Source: an uncultured virus (IMG/VR IMGVR_UViG_3300045284_000273)
Lineage: Duplodnaviria > Heunggongvirae > Uroviricota > Caudoviricetes
Direction: 5' to 3' (one strand)
DNA length: 55,491 bases
IMG/VR virus record: IMGVR_UViG_3300045284_000273
Both the position numbers and the translations under genes were made by a program. Below the pieces are notes generated by a model, which saw nothing but the letters and a program-made list of their open reading frames with translations, was not told where the DNA came from and did no database searches. Below are positions 8,426 through 18,453 of this stretch, one piece after another (within the stretch, counting starts at the first letter, position 1; every line of letters begins with the position of its first letter).

Positions 8426-8689
8426 ATGGGCGTGCGCGCCAAGATGTATGTCAGCGAAATCAGCTATGGCACGTCGGGAGGCAAGGTCACCCTGATCCCA
8501 GTGTGTCGCGGCGAAGAGAACAAGTCGTGGTCGGCAGCCACACCGGGAGGGAAGTGTGAACTGTCGATCCTCAACCCAGCAGCGCTGGAGTGGTACAAGG
8601 CCATTCTCGATGGCGCTCGCGAGGGCAAGCGGCCCGAGGTCTACGTGGACTTCACCGACGCCAGCGCTCAGGACGCGCCGATCGCTTAA
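8426..8689 (+). CDS. hypothetical phage protein
   Basis: GGAGG RBS; VRAKM...ENKSW..ATP.G..EL.I.NP. Confidence 0.75.
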   Translation: MGVRAKMYVSEISYGTSGGKVTLIPVCRGEENKSWSAATPGGKCELSILNPAALEWYKAILDGAREGKRPEVYVDFTDASAQDAPIA

Positions 8690-9507
8690 CCGGGCAGGCA
8701 GGCGAAGATCGTTGCCGTGCCACCGTTGAGGTCGGTGAGCACGGTCAAGGTAGCTCCATGGAATCCAGCCGGACAGGTTGGGCCTGGATCGCCTTGAGGC
8801 CCCTGCGGACCCACCGCACCAGGGTCACCTTGCGGTCCTGTGGCTCCTGGTGGTCCGACTGGACCGGCGGGGCCAACATCTCCTTCGACTCCTGCTGCAC
8901 CTTGTGCTCCTTGTGCTCCGGTAGCGCCTTGAGCGCCGCTCGATCCTGGTATGCCGGTGATACCGGGCGTCCCTGTGATACCAGGCGCTCCCGTGATCCC
9001 CGGTACTCCGCTTGCTCCCGGCGCTCCGCTGTTGCCGGTCTGTCCCTCTGATCCGGTCAGGCCTTGAGCGCCAGGCGCTCCCTTGGCTCCGGTTGCTCCG
9101 TTCGTTCCACTCTTGCCGGGAATCCCTGTGATACCAGGTGCGCCCGAGGACCCTGTGGAACCGTTTGGACCGGCAGGACCGGATCGACCAGCTTCACCGG
9201 GCGCACCAGTGATACCAGGCTGGCCGGATGGACCCGGTGGCCCGATGATCAACTCGATCGTGGTCGAAGTCGAAGCAACCGGGATCGTGCCGGAGGTAGA
9301 CCGTGCATCGGATGGCCAGGGGATCAGTAGCGCGCCGCCCAGAACGAGCAGCAGGAAGCCGAAGGTCAATGCCATCCGCCACGGCAGGTCATGCCGCCTG
9401 GCCCACGCCCAACGGTCGGGCTTTGGATGCGCGGCAGCATCCTGGCGCTCGTAGTACTCCCAGAACTCACTGTTCTCTTCGATTGGCCTGATGCCGTCGT
9501 CGCCCAT
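8686..9507 (-). CDS. membrane-anchored collagen-like protein
   Basis: TM helix, long Gly-X-Y repeat, C-terminal CPAGF...C domain. Confidence 0.85.
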   Translation of the reverse strand: MGDDGIRPIEENSEFWEYYERQDAAAHPKPDRWAWARRHDLPWRMALTFGFLLLVLGGALLIPWPSDARSTSGTIPVASTSTTIELIIGPPGPSGQPGITGAPGEAGRSGPAGPNGSTGSSGAPGITGIPGKSGTNGATGAKGAPGAQGLTGSEGQTGNSGAPGASGVPGITGAPGITGTPGITGIPGSSGAQGATGAQGAQGAAGVEGDVGPAGPVGPPGATGPQGDPGAVGPQGPQGDPGPTCPAGFHGATLTVLTDLNGGTATIFACLPG

Positions 9508-9540
9508 GACCGCCTCCCCTGTTGTCGTCCAGCCGACAGA

Positions 9541-10128
9541 CTAGGGCGGAGTCGCTGTGCCGATGACCACGCACAGTTGAGCGACGGGGCGACCTTCCGG
9601 ATTGCGCTGATGAATCTCGATGGTGACCAACTCAAACCCCGCAGGGCAGACGAAACCTGGTGGACCTGGTGGCCCTTGCGGTCCCGTTGGCCCAGGTTGG
9701 CCCGGTTGGCCCGCCACACCAGCCGGACCCGGAGGACCGGCCGGACCAACTGCTCCCGATACCCCGGTATCACCAGTCAATCCTCGGGGACCAGCGGGGC
9801 CGTTTGCCCCACGTTGCCCCGCAGGGCCAGCCGGACCCGTCTGACCGGGAGGACCGACAGGCCCTGCGGGACCTATTGCGCCATCGAGTCCTGCAGGCCC
9901 AGGAGGGCCAGCCGGTCCTACCTCCCCATCGGCTCCGGCTGGCCCTTGCTGTCCAGCGGGGCCTTGCGGCCCTGGAGGTCCTGGTATGGGTGCGATGGTC
10001 GTCGTTGTCGTCGTTGTCGGTGTTGTGTCAATACCCGCTGAAGCCTGGTGAACGAACGTGGTGACCGCCGCCAGCCCTGAGGCACCGGCACAGATCGAGA
10101 GTGCATAGATCGGCGTGAGCAGCTTCAT
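9541..10128 (-). CDS. secreted/anchored collagen-like protein
   Basis: Signal-like N-terminus, Thr linker, Gly-X-Y repeat, CPAGF...C domain. Confidence 0.85.
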   Translation of the reverse strand: MKLLTPIYALSICAGASGLAAVTTFVHQASAGIDTTPTTTTTTTIAPIPGPPGPQGPAGQQGPAGADGEVGPAGPPGPAGLDGAIGPAGPVGPPGQTGPAGPAGQRGANGPAGPRGLTGDTGVSGAVGPAGPPGPAGVAGQPGQPGPTGPQGPPGPPGFVCPAGFELVTIEIHQRNPEGRPVAQLCVVIGTATPP

Positions 10129-10409
10129 TCCACGGTGTCCACTTCTTGCGTGGGTGCCAACGTATCCTGTTCACCGCTTGGTCGCCTGTGCAGGTCCGAG
10201 TCAGCAGATGACTTACCAGCGATCAAGCCGAGCAACGCACCGAGGATGCCACTGACCAGCGTGGCCAACGTGTTGGCGAGGATGCCGGTATCGGCCTCGG
10301 GGTTCCTGGCCTCTACGACGACAATGAGCGTTCCCAACCCGATGATGGCGAATCCGACGACGAACGTGAAGACCAACACCATGATCTCGACAACGGATCG
10401 GTTCTTCAC
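10125..10409 (-). CDS. putative holin (2 TM helices)
   Basis: Two hydrophobic helices directly downstream of the amidase. Confidence 0.55.
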   Translation of the reverse strand: MKNRSVVEIMVLVFTFVVGFAIIGLGTLIVVVEARNPEADTGILANTLATLVSGILGALLGLIAGKSSADSDLHRRPSGEQDTLAPTQEVDTVE

Positions 10410-10424
10410 GGCTTACCTCATAGA

Positions 10425-11291
10425 TCAGGTGGTACCGGCCTTGATCTGCGCGGTGTTGGCGAACTCGTCGCCGGTCCACGTATACAGCGTGTCGCCGGTC
10501 GGCAACGGGCCTTCGAGGAAGTGCAACGCGAACGACATCGGCCCGCCTGTGATGTCTTGGAGGACCAGCGTTCCGTTGTCGAGGTTCTTCTGAATGGCGT
10601 CGGTCATCTTCTGGTCGCCGGGGCCGGTCCAGTGGATCATCGGCGGCACTCCGATGAACTTGGCGTTGGCTCCGGTCACGACGTAGTAGTTCTGCTTCAT
10701 CTCGTCATCTCCGGTATCGGGTGGTGTCGGTGGAATCGGGTCGGGTCGTGGGGGAGTCCATGGCGTTGTCAGCAGTCCCCACGCGCCTACGACAGCGGTA
10801 CCGGGACACACGGTTGCAGCGCCAGGCATCTGCCGGTGCTGCAGCATCTGATGAGCGCCCGCCAGCATCTTGCGATCGACCAACGTGTAGCGCAGTTCCT
10901 GCACGGCTTGAATCATCGCCGCGGTCGGTTCCTCCCAGTACTCGACATCGGGGTACTTGCCCTTGAAACCGAGCAGTAGTAACACACCGATGGCGATGTC
11001 GTTCTCGCCAGCGGAGTGGGCGGCGCGATAGTCGCCTGCGTACTCCCACACGCAGCCCTGGCCGTCAACCACGTAGTTGTACTCCCACGGCGTGCCCTTG
11101 CTGGCGCTCGATGCATACTCTTGGATAGAGCGCAGTTCGTCGGCTGTGTCATCGGGGTCGAGCCACAGCCCACCCCCCGTGTAGTGGATCGTGTAGTACG
11201 GCCGCAGGGGGTCCAGTTTCGGTCGGGGTGTTCCGTTGCTGTTGGTCGGCTTCTGACCAGGCCAGACCTGCTCACGAGGGACGAAGATCAT
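10425..11291 (-). CDS. endolysin, N-acetylmuramoyl-L-alanine amidase (Amidase_2/PGRP-like)
   Basis: IHYT, YNYVV, AAHS, QHR...ATVCPG Zn-amidase motifs; leaderless (TAGGCT-N6-ATG). Confidence 0.85.
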   Translation of the reverse strand: MIFVPREQVWPGQKPTNSNGTPRPKLDPLRPYYTIHYTGGGLWLDPDDTADELRSIQEYASSASKGTPWEYNYVVDGQGCVWEYAGDYRAAHSAGENDIAIGVLLLLGFKGKYPDVEYWEEPTAAMIQAVQELRYTLVDRKMLAGAHQMLQHRQMPGAATVCPGTAVVGAWGLLTTPWTPPRPDPIPPTPPDTGDDEMKQNYYVVTGANAKFIGVPPMIHWTGPGDQKMTDAIQKNLDNGTLVLQDITGGPMSFALHFLEGPLPTGDTLYTWTGDEFANTAQIKAGTT

Positions 11292-11337
11292 GGCCGGAGC
11301 CTAGACCCCTCTGACCTGCTATGTCAGCATTCCGATG

Positions 11338-11366
11338 TTGCAAAGGAAATGAAACCTTTGTAGCCT
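11338..11366 (+). promoter_or_regulatory. sigma70-type promoter, leaderless start
   Basis: TTGCAA-17 nt-TAGCCT, 6 nt before ATG11373. Confidence 0.65.
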
Positions 11367-11372
11367 GACGGC

Positions 11373-11876
11373 ATGGACACCCATCTCTCAGAACTGATCA
11401 CTGTCGGTAAGGAAGCCTTTGAGGGAACCAACCAGGTGGGGGCGTTCTTCTTCCCCACGCTGTGCATCGGTCGGCTGGGGGGCGGTACCGATATCGTCCA
11501 GTACGAGGGCGGTTTCGAGATGTTGCAGGTGGTTCTCTCGGAAGTGGCTCAAGAACCGATCGTGTGGATTGGTCACACTGCCGACAGTTGGTATTACGAC
11601 ACCACCGTGTCCGATCCGATGGTTGCTCGCATCGACGCTGGTGTGACAACGATCGAGGAACAGTTCGACCAAGGCAACCCGAAGGCCTACGAGGCCCTGG
11701 GGATCATCGACGTGTCTCTGGATCACGTCGATGGGGCGTTCCTCCCGTACGTGCGCACTCCGCAAGGTATCGAGTGGCTGGAGACGGTCGGAGAGAAGGC
11801 CGAGGGTGTTCACGTCGGCAGGGTCGTTGCAGCGATGCAGACAGCAATCAGGGCGTCACATAGCATTCTGCAATGA
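11373..11876 (+). CDS. hypothetical protein
   Basis: 167 aa ORF with promoter. Confidence 0.7.
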   Translation: MDTHLSELITVGKEAFEGTNQVGAFFFPTLCIGRLGGGTDIVQYEGGFEMLQVVLSEVAQEPIVWIGHTADSWYYDTTVSDPMVARIDAGVTTIEEQFDQGNPKAYEALGIIDVSLDHVDGAFLPYVRTPQGIEWLETVGEKAEGVHVGRVVAAMQTAIRASHSILQ

Positions 11877-12232
11877 GCACGCCCGAGGGGGACGACCTGC
11901 TCAGGATGATCCGGCAGTTCGTGAAGGAACGGGGGACTCCCCCGTCTCAGGTCGAGATGATCACCGAGCTTGTCGCCCGCACTGTTGTGACAGTGATGAC
12001 TGAGCCGCGGTTCTACAACCATCTGCTGATCGTCCAGAACCTGCAGGCCCGCAACTACGAACTGGAGCGAGTCATAGCCCAGTATGGACAGCAGGCGCGA
12101 CAGGGGTCCCCCGCCGCCAGACCACCTTCTCCGAAGAAGGCGGCGAAGAAGCTCCCGGCCAAGAAGTTGGCCAAGAAGCCGCCGCTGCCCTACAACGTGC
12201 GCCAATTCAAGAAGGGGGCGAGTGGGCGCTAG
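11873..12232 (+). CDS. hypothetical protein with Lys/Ala/Pro-rich histone-like tail
   Basis: ATGA overlap; PKKAAKKLPAKKLAKK. Confidence 0.7.
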   Translation: MSTPEGDDLLRMIRQFVKERGTPPSQVEMITELVARTVVTVMTEPRFYNHLLIVQNLQARNYELERVIAQYGQQARQGSPAARPPSPKKAAKKLPAKKLAKKPPLPYNVRQFKKGASGR

Positions 12233-12513
12233 TAGCTGACGGAGCCGTAGCGCCGGACGATCGAGGCCAGACGGTCTGTCTTCTCTTCCGGATCGAGGTC
12301 TTCAAGCTCGTCCTGCAACATGTCCGCTTCCCGACTCATGTCCCGCATCGCCCGTCCGAAGGCCCGAGCCACGTCCGGCATCATCGACACGCCGACAGTC
12401 TCCCCGTCGATGGCCACCACGACCAGGATGACTACATCGCCCTCGGCGTCTATGGAGATACCAAGGGCAGCTTCTTGGCCCTGGTGTATCCGGCGACTCT
12501 CACCTTCTTCCAC
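12229..12513 (-). CDS. hypothetical protein (leaderless)
   Basis: TAGCCT 6 nt before GTG on the minus strand. Confidence 0.65.
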   Translation of the reverse strand: MEEGESRRIHQGQEAALGISIDAEGDVVILVVVAIDGETVGVSMMPDVARAFGRAMRDMSREADMLQDELEDLDPEEKTDRLASIVRRYGSVSY

Positions 12514-12535
12514 GGGCGCAGGCTACTCTGGGGCC

Positions 12536-12874
12536 ATGGCCAGGTTGAAGGTTCACAGCGATTCAGCGGACATCGAAGAGCGCCAGCACGACCTCGGCCC
12601 CTGGGTGGAAACGCCCAACTCGACCAGGGTCAGCGCCTATCGCTACGACTATGCCACCCGAGAACTTCAAGTGACGTGGCGCAACAACAAGAACCACGGC
12701 TACGTGTATCGGGAAGTGCCCTATGAGGGCTATCGCAGCTTCGCCCGAGTCGTCTCCAAGGGCCGGTATATCAACAGCGTGCTCAACGGATATCCCTACG
12801 ATCTGATGGAGCCGGACGAAGTGGACGCACTGTCCAACAACGAGCGCAAGGCTCTTCAATCCAGAGTTCGATGA
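12536..12874 (+). CDS. KTSC domain protein
   Basis: ST.V....YD.....L.V.W......Y.Y..VP...Y..F....SKGRYIN; TACTCT-N6-ATG. Confidence 0.8.
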   Translation: MARLKVHSDSADIEERQHDLGPWVETPNSTRVSAYRYDYATRELQVTWRNNKNHGYVYREVPYEGYRSFARVVSKGRYINSVLNGYPYDLMEPDEVDALSNNERKALQSRVR

Positions 12875-13071
12875 CGCTCGACAAGACTGCTGTAGTGACC
12901 GGGGTGATCGTCTACCTCGTTGCCGGACTGTTCGCCTGCTATGTCACCGATGACGAACGGTGGCAGCGCGCGTTGATGATCCCCCTTTGGTTCTTCCTGT
13001 TCGTCTACAACCTGGCGCTCGATTTCCTTGAATGGTGGGGCAAGCAGGGCTACCACTACGAGGACGATTGA
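12871..13071 (+). CDS. small membrane protein
   Basis: Two hydrophobic segments. Confidence 0.6.
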   Translation: MTLDKTAVVTGVIVYLVAGLFACYVTDDERWQRALMIPLWFFLFVYNLALDFLEWWGKQGYHYEDD

Positions 13072-13361
13072 TGATCGTCGTGCATGGTGTCGGCCCCGTC
13101 TATTGGGGCGTCGAGACAGAGCCTTCTGATCGTCGTGTCCTCACCGAGTGCTGGCTGGTCGAGGACCTGCCGCCGTACCGCAAGTCGATCAAGGCCTTCC
13201 GTGTCCGGCTGGGAGAGCACGCCATCCATATCGGGCTTTGCCGCAAACATTCAACGTCACCACATCAGCCCCTAACCGGGGTATCACCATCGGAAATCGG
13301 GAGGTGGGGCCGTGAAGTGGAAGAAGAAGGCGACGGAGCTTCCCCCGGCGTCGAAGTTTGA
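13071..13361 (+). CDS. hypothetical protein
   Basis: TGATG overlap. Confidence 0.55.
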   Translation: MIVVHGVGPVYWGVETEPSDRRVLTECWLVEDLPPYRKSIKAFRVRLGEHAIHIGLCRKHSTSPHQPLTGVSPSEIGRWGREVEEEGDGASPGVEV

Positions 13362-13554
13362 CACCTGGGACGAGGCGGCTCTGATCAACTGCATCGAGTC
13401 GCAGATGCAACGTTGCGGCGAACTGTTCCGCGGCCTCAGTCAGCCGGAACTGGACAACGAGTGGGTGCTGTTGGAGATGGACAGACATATGGAGACGGCG
13501 TTGCTGGCAACTCGGGCCATTAGGCGACGGGTTGCTCAAGTGCAAAGTCTTTGA
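13312..13554 (+). CDS. hypothetical protein
   Basis: GGAGG RBS before GTG. Confidence 0.55.
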   Translation: MKWKKKATELPPASKFDTWDEAALINCIESQMQRCGELFRGLSQPELDNEWVLLEMDRHMETALLATRAIRRRVAQVQSL

Positions 13555-13566
13555 TACCCTTTGTCA

Positions 13567-13863
13567 ATGTCCGAACCCGAACAGTTAACCCTTGATCTGG
13601 AGTATCACATGCCCGACCACTACACCGTGGAACTACGCCGCGGCGAGATCGGCAACATGGAAGTCGTGCGGACCAACACCGCCAAGACTGCCGATGGTGC
13701 CGCCAACCTCATCGAGGGTTTCCGTGATTCGGCTCTGCAGCGCGACGGCGTGACCTGGCAGCACGACGAGGTTGACCCAACCGGCAACCTCTACGGCATG
13801 GTCGGAACCGTCGTGTGGCAGATCAGCGTTGTCCCCCCGCTCACAGAGTCGATCGACGCATGA
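13567..13863 (+). CDS. hypothetical protein (leaderless)
   Basis: TACCCT-N6-ATG; N-terminal QLTLDL. Confidence 0.65.
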   Translation: MSEPEQLTLDLEYHMPDHYTVELRRGEIGNMEVVRTNTAKTADGAANLIEGFRDSALQRDGVTWQHDEVDPTGNLYGMVGTVVWQISVVPPLTESIDA

Positions 13864-14096
13864 GCCTGGAACTGGATACCGTCTGGAATCAGACCCGCTA
13901 CGACAGCGGGCTGTACGACTGCAAGGTGGTGCGTGACGGTGACAAGGGCAGGCTCACGGTCACCCTCGTTGGCTCGATCAACCACCTGCTGCACGAAGAG
14001 GCAGTGAAGTGCGATCGCGCCGATACCGACAAGTGGCGTTCCCGTTGCGTCGAGGTCATCAGCAACCCCGACCTGCGGACGATCGAACGGCGATGA
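13860..14096 (+). CDS. hypothetical protein
   Basis: ATGA overlap. Confidence 0.65.
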   Translation: MSLELDTVWNQTRYDSGLYDCKVVRDGDKGRLTVTLVGSINHLLHEEAVKCDRADTDKWRSRCVEVISNPDLRTIERR

Positions 14097-14278
14097 ATCA
14101 GCGCTTGGTGATCCCTTCGATCGCAGAGCGCCAACGTCAGCGGCGGCTGGCCTACACATTCGACCCCGGCCTCCGACTGGCCGAAGAAATCGTGGCCCGA
14201 CAAGAAGACGTGGAAGACGGAACCGACTTCCGCGCGCTGCTCATCGAGGCATACAAGAAGCGAAAGCGTCATGACTGA
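14093..14278 (+). CDS. hypothetical protein
   Basis: ATGA overlap. Confidence 0.55.
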   Translation: MNQRLVIPSIAERQRQRRLAYTFDPGLRLAEEIVARQEDVEDGTDFRALLIEAYKKRKRHD

Positions 14279-14543
14279 TACTGAGATACGACTCACTCAA
14301 CTGGAGCATCGAGTCGAGGCCTTGGAGAAGGGCCGCTCCGGCCGACGTGGCAAACCGATCCTGTGCTCCATCGAGGGCGTGTGCGGTGTTGACCCGTCCA
14401 TCGACTCATCGACGTGCCAGGACGCATCGCTGTACCGGCGACAGAAGGGCTGCCTCGGCACGGCCTGTGTGACTGAGGCCTCGGAGTACTACAGCAACTA
14501 CCGCAGCACCCGCGTGAAGGTCGGGAAGCGTCGGCGCAAGTGA
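14271..14543 (+). CDS. basic Cys-rich hypothetical protein
   Basis: Y...KGCLG.AC....EYY. Confidence 0.65.
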   Translation: MTDTEIRLTQLEHRVEALEKGRSGRRGKPILCSIEGVCGVDPSIDSSTCQDASLYRRQKGCLGTACVTEASEYYSNYRSTRVKVGKRRRK

Positions 14544-14938
14544 ACGACGCCCGTCACGACTACCCACCGGCTCTTCTGCTGAGCGGGCACGCGACGACGT
14601 ACGAGCGGATGTGGGATGAGCTTGATCAACTGCGCGCCGACACTGATCGGCTGAGCAACGCGTTGAAGTGGATTCGTCAGAACGCAACGCTGCACTACAT
14701 GGGTGGAGCATTCGATCCCGAGCACATGGGCGAACTGGCCAACCAGGCGACCGCTGCTCTCAACGGCGAGCCGGTTCCCGACTACGACGAGGCGATGGCG
14801 GCGGCCAGGGTCAAGGCTCAGGAATGGATGGTGCTGTTCAGTGAAGGGCAAGACGGCCAAGCAGACGACGTGCAGGACGTGCGGAGTGAGCCTGACGGTG
14901 GTGCACGAACGGAACTCGGCCAAGATACGCCAGGTTGA
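14540..14938 (+). CDS. hypothetical protein
   Basis: GTGA overlap; codon bias. Confidence 0.65.
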   Translation: MNDARHDYPPALLLSGHATTYERMWDELDQLRADTDRLSNALKWIRQNATLHYMGGAFDPEHMGELANQATAALNGEPVPDYDEAMAAARVKAQEWMVLFSEGQDGQADDVQDVRSEPDGGARTELGQDTPG

Positions 14939-15095
14939 CGCTCAGCCTGCAGACGATGGCATCGTGAGGGTCTTCCACGACGGTCTGGCAGTGGAGTTAC
15001 CACCGAAGGAAGCGTCTCTCTACCGGCAGGCCAAAGTCGCTCTGCACCACTGGCACAAGTGCCGCCCCCGCAAGCGCACTATCCCCCGCCACTGA
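14841..15095 (+). CDS. Zn-binding hypothetical protein
   Basis: CRTCG...VDA.P...G...H.HKC. Confidence 0.55.
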   Translation: MKGKTAKQTTCRTCGVSLTVVHERNSAKIRQVDAQPADDGIVRVFHDGLAVELPPKEASLYRQAKVALHHWHKCRPRKRTIPRH

Positions 15096-15117
15096 TACCG
15101 GGGTATCCTGCGCGGCC

Positions 15118-16719
15118 ATGGCTGCCCTGCGCATCGAGGACCTTGGTTTCGGCCCCGATGAGCAAGAAATCGAAGAGTTGCGGCTGGCTGACGAGGCCGA
15201 GGCGCTTGCCGAAGCTGAGGAAGAGGGCGAAGAGTTCATCGTTCTCGACCCCGAGATGGCCGGGTTCGTGGATGAGTTGTGCAAGCGCACGATCCTGTTC
15301 TGCGAAGAGCTTTGGGGAGAGCGCTTCTACCCGTACCAGGGGACGATGAGTTACCGGCTCATCGAGAGCATCATCCTCCAAGACGCCGAAGAAATCACCG
15401 GCCTGCTCGCTCGGCAGAGCGGCAAGAGCGAGGTCGTCAGCACCACGCTGGCCGGGTGCATGATCCTGTTCCCGATTCTTGCCAAGACGTATCCGATCAT
15501 GGAACGCTTCAAGCGAGGCCTGTGGGTGGGCCTCTTTGCGCCGGTAGATGAGCAGAGTGACCTCGTGTACCGGCGCATCATCGACCGCCTCAGCAGCGAG
15601 CGCGCTGCCGCCGTGCTCGGTGACCCCGAGATTGCTCTCAAGCTCGACGCCAAGTCGCGGGTGCTGCGGCTCTCCAACGGTTCGACGTGCCGCCGCCAGA
15701 CCGCCAACCCGAGGGCCAAGATCGAAGGCTCGACGTATCACGTCATCGTCATTGACGAAGCTCAGGACGCCGACACACAGGTGATCCGCAAGTCGATCCA
15801 CCCGATGCTCGCCGCCACTGGTGGCACCATCTGCAAGATCGGCACGCCGGGGTACACCAAAGGTGATTTCTACGACGCCATCAACCTCAACAAGCGTCGT
15901 GCCCGCGGCAAGCGCTCCAACCATTTCGAGTACGACTACAAGGTCGTCAGCAAGTACAACCCGGCCTACGCGCGCTTCATCCAGCAGGAGAAGATTCGCT
16001 ACGGCGAAGACTCCGAGTTCTTCCAGATGAGCTACGCGCTGAAGTGGATGCTCGACCGAGGCATGCTCATCACCGAGGACGATCTGGACTGGCTGGCCGA
16101 CAAGTCGATGCCGCTGGTCAAGTCGTGGCACCGTACACCGTGTGTCGTCGGCATCGACCCGGCCCGAGTCAAGGACTCGACTGTTGTGACAGTGATGTGG
16201 GTGGACTGGGACCATCCCGACCCGGCCGGGTATCGAGAGCACCGCATCCTCAACTGGCTGGAGATTCACAACACGGCGTGGGAAGAGCAGTACTTCCAGA
16301 TGATGGAGTTCTTGGACCCCTACGTGATCAGTCACGTCGGCGTCGATGCCCAAGGGATGGGTTCCGCCGTTGCTGACCGCATGCAGCGCCTGTTGGGATC
16401 GCGCTGTGAGGTGACGCCGTTCTCTTCCGATGCCAAGAACCAGAGCGAGCGCTGGAAGCACCTGATCCAGTTGATTCAGCGCCAGATGCTGCTCTACCCC
16501 GGCCACTCCAAGGCTCGCCGGACCCGAACATGGCGGCGCTTCCGTCAGCAGATGTCCGACGCTGAGAAGGTGATGAAGGGCCAGTATCTCCTCATCGAGG
16601 CACCGCACGAACGCGAGGCCCACGATGATTACGTGGACTCGGCGGCGCTGGCCTGTGCCTGCACGATGCTCGATTCGATCCCCAAGGTCGAAGTCATCGA
16701 CAGCCCCTTCTATCGCTGA
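15118..16719 (+). CDS. terL: terminase large subunit
   Basis: Walker A LARQSGKS, Walker B VIVIDEAQ, coupling motif GTP, nuclease GIDPAR and HDDYVDS. Confidence 0.95.
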   Translation: MAALRIEDLGFGPDEQEIEELRLADEAEALAEAEEEGEEFIVLDPEMAGFVDELCKRTILFCEELWGERFYPYQGTMSYRLIESIILQDAEEITGLLARQSGKSEVVSTTLAGCMILFPILAKTYPIMERFKRGLWVGLFAPVDEQSDLVYRRIIDRLSSERAAAVLGDPEIALKLDAKSRVLRLSNGSTCRRQTANPRAKIEGSTYHVIVIDEAQDADTQVIRKSIHPMLAATGGTICKIGTPGYTKGDFYDAINLNKRRARGKRSNHFEYDYKVVSKYNPAYARFIQQEKIRYGEDSEFFQMSYALKWMLDRGMLITEDDLDWLADKSMPLVKSWHRTPCVVGIDPARVKDSTVVTVMWVDWDHPDPAGYREHRILNWLEIHNTAWEEQYFQMMEFLDPYVISHVGVDAQGMGSAVADRMQRLLGSRCEVTPFSSDAKNQSERWKHLIQLIQRQMLLYPGHSKARRTRTWRRFRQQMSDAEKVMKGQYLLIEAPHEREAHDDYVDSAALACACTMLDSIPKVEVIDSPFYR

Positions 16720-16732
16720 GTAGGATCGGGTC

Positions 16733-17059
16733 GTGCCTGCTCACGAGAGCCTGTCTGACCTGCAGTTCCAGTACCGGCCACCGGAGATGGGTTCCTCAGC
16801 GCACCAACTGATCGCCATCTCTGGCGCTCAGCAGGTGGGCACGATGAAGTGGAATGCCGCTGGGGTGCAGAGCCTGGAAGTGTCTCATGAACTCCGGCGT
16901 CGAGGGGTCGCCACTGCCCTGTGGGGCGAGGGTCAGCGTCTGGCACAGCAGAAGAAAGGGCGCATCGTGACACCCAAGCACTCCGCCCAACGCACCAACG
17001 CTGGTGACGCCTGGGCACGGTCGGTCGGTGGCCCCCTGCCCCGCCGAGACCGCCGCTAA
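16733..17059 (+). CDS. GNAT-like small protein
   Basis: V...LRRRGVATALW acetyl-CoA-binding motif A; TAGGAT-N6-GTG. Confidence 0.6.
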   Translation: MPAHESLSDLQFQYRPPEMGSSAHQLIAISGAQQVGTMKWNAAGVQSLEVSHELRRRGVATALWGEGQRLAQQKKGRIVTPKHSAQRTNAGDAWARSVGGPLPRRDRR

Positions 17060-17125
17060 TCCTCCTGCTCACTCGATATCGGACTATGCTCCGGCCATAC
17101 CTGCCTATCCATCAAGGAGGCCCCG

Positions 17126-17488
17126 ATGTCATACCGCCCTGAGAGCGGCTACGAGCACGCCATCGCTGTGAACAACACACGGCGTGGTCCTCTTCGTTTC
17201 GAGGAAGGCGTTGCCACCGACACCGACATTCCCAACGACTTCGGCGTTGGTGCGTACGGCGATCCCGGTGGTGACGGTCGTGGCCGTCCCTTCACCGTTC
17301 GCAAGGACGCTGCCGAGACGATGCGCGAGCGTGCCCACGTCGGCAGCGCTTCGTGGATCGAAGCGCCGACGATGCTCAGCGACTTCGTGATCGGCGCATC
17401 AGTCGGTCAAGGCGATCCGCAATTCGAGATGGAGCTTGGCTCGGAGCGTCGTCTGATCCGTCAGAGCGCAGTCGCAGTCAGCGACTGA
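17126..17488 (+). CDS. hypothetical (likely virion-associated) protein
   Basis: AAGGAGG RBS; strong codon bias; head-gene region. Confidence 0.75.
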   Translation: MSYRPESGYEHAIAVNNTRRGPLRFEEGVATDTDIPNDFGVGAYGDPGGDGRGRPFTVRKDAAETMRERAHVGSASWIEAPTMLSDFVIGASVGQGDPQFEMELGSERRLIRQSAVAVSD

Positions 17489-17491
17489 GCC

Positions 17492-17848
17492 ATGGCGGCC
17501 AGGCCGCACTCATCGGTGAAGCTGGCCAAGATCACACCGATCAAGCCGAACAAGCCGACACCGAACCTGCAGCAGGGGAAGGTCCCCGGTCAGAAGGCCG
17601 CGCCTGGTCGCCCGCCGAGGAACATCGGCAAGTATCTCATCAAGGCCGATCCCGACTCGCACACCGGCTACGAGATGCTGAACACCAAGCCGGTGATCAT
17701 CAGTCAGGTCGAGGACAAGTTCCTCAGCAACTGGGAGCTTCCTCCGGCACTGCAGCCCAAGTACCTGCGCAAGCCGGAGGTGATGGAGAACCAACGTAAG
17801 AAGGAAATCAGCAAGGGCTGGGTCAAGCCAAGGAGTTACCAGGGATGA
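17492..17848 (+). CDS. basic hypothetical protein
   Basis: Lys/Pro-rich ORF in operon. Confidence 0.7.
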   Translation: MAARPHSSVKLAKITPIKPNKPTPNLQQGKVPGQKAAPGRPPRNIGKYLIKADPDSHTGYEMLNTKPVIISQVEDKFLSNWELPPALQPKYLRKPEVMENQRKKEISKGWVKPRSYQG

Positions 17849-18453
17849 GCAACGTCAACGAGCACCAGTTCGGAGAGATGCAGAGCCGCTTGTCCACGGT
17901 GGGTGGGTTCACCTACGACCCGCGCAAGCGCAACTTCGTGACCTCTGGCTACTCCGTGGCCGCTCACAAGGCTGCCGAGATGAAGGTCCCGCTCGGTGAG
18001 GGTGGTGCCCAGAAGGCGCACCTGGAGGGCTACGTCAAGGGTTCGGCTCCGATCTGGCAGGCCCAGAAGGGCCAGGGCCGTGGTCAGGAGATGATCGGCG
18101 GCTGGCGCTCTGATCACCATGACGTGATCGACCTGCCCAAGGTCTTCCCAGCCACCCCGACCGGCCATCAGAAGTCCCGTCAGGCGCAGATACTCCGCAA
18201 CGAGCAGGCGTCGTACAGCCTGCACGAAGGGGCCGAGGACACCAATCCGTGGTTCACCGGCTCGTCCACGGCGTCCCCAGGGAGGTTGTCACAACAGTTC
18301 CCCGAGTTCTCTGCAGTGGTATCACGACGCCGTGATGCGGCACTCGATCCGCAGCAGTATCCGGAGATTGCCCACTGGAGCGATGCACCAGTGCGCCAGG
18401 CGGGTTACGAGCGAGAAGCAACGATCGCCAAGCGGAGAGCTTCCGGAACATGA
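17845..18453 (+). CDS. hypothetical protein
   Basis: GGFT...GY.V...IGGW...D....EQ..Y.L; ATGA overlap. Confidence 0.7.
   Translation: MSNVNEHQFGEMQSRLSTVGGFTYDPRKRNFVTSGYSVAAHKAAEMKVPLGEGGAQKAHLEGYVKGSAPIWQAQKGQGRGQEMIGGWRSDHHDVIDLPKVFPATPTGHQKSRQAQILRNEQASYSLHEGAEDTNPWFTGSSTASPGRLSQQFPEFSAVVSRRRDAALDPQQYPEIAHWSDAPVRQAGYEREATIAKRRASGT

Noticed and set aside
8780..9990. Tandem DNA repeats or diversity-generating retroelement
   Set aside because: The 9-bp periodicity is explained by collagen Gly-X-Y coding; no reverse transcriptase or TR/VR pair seen
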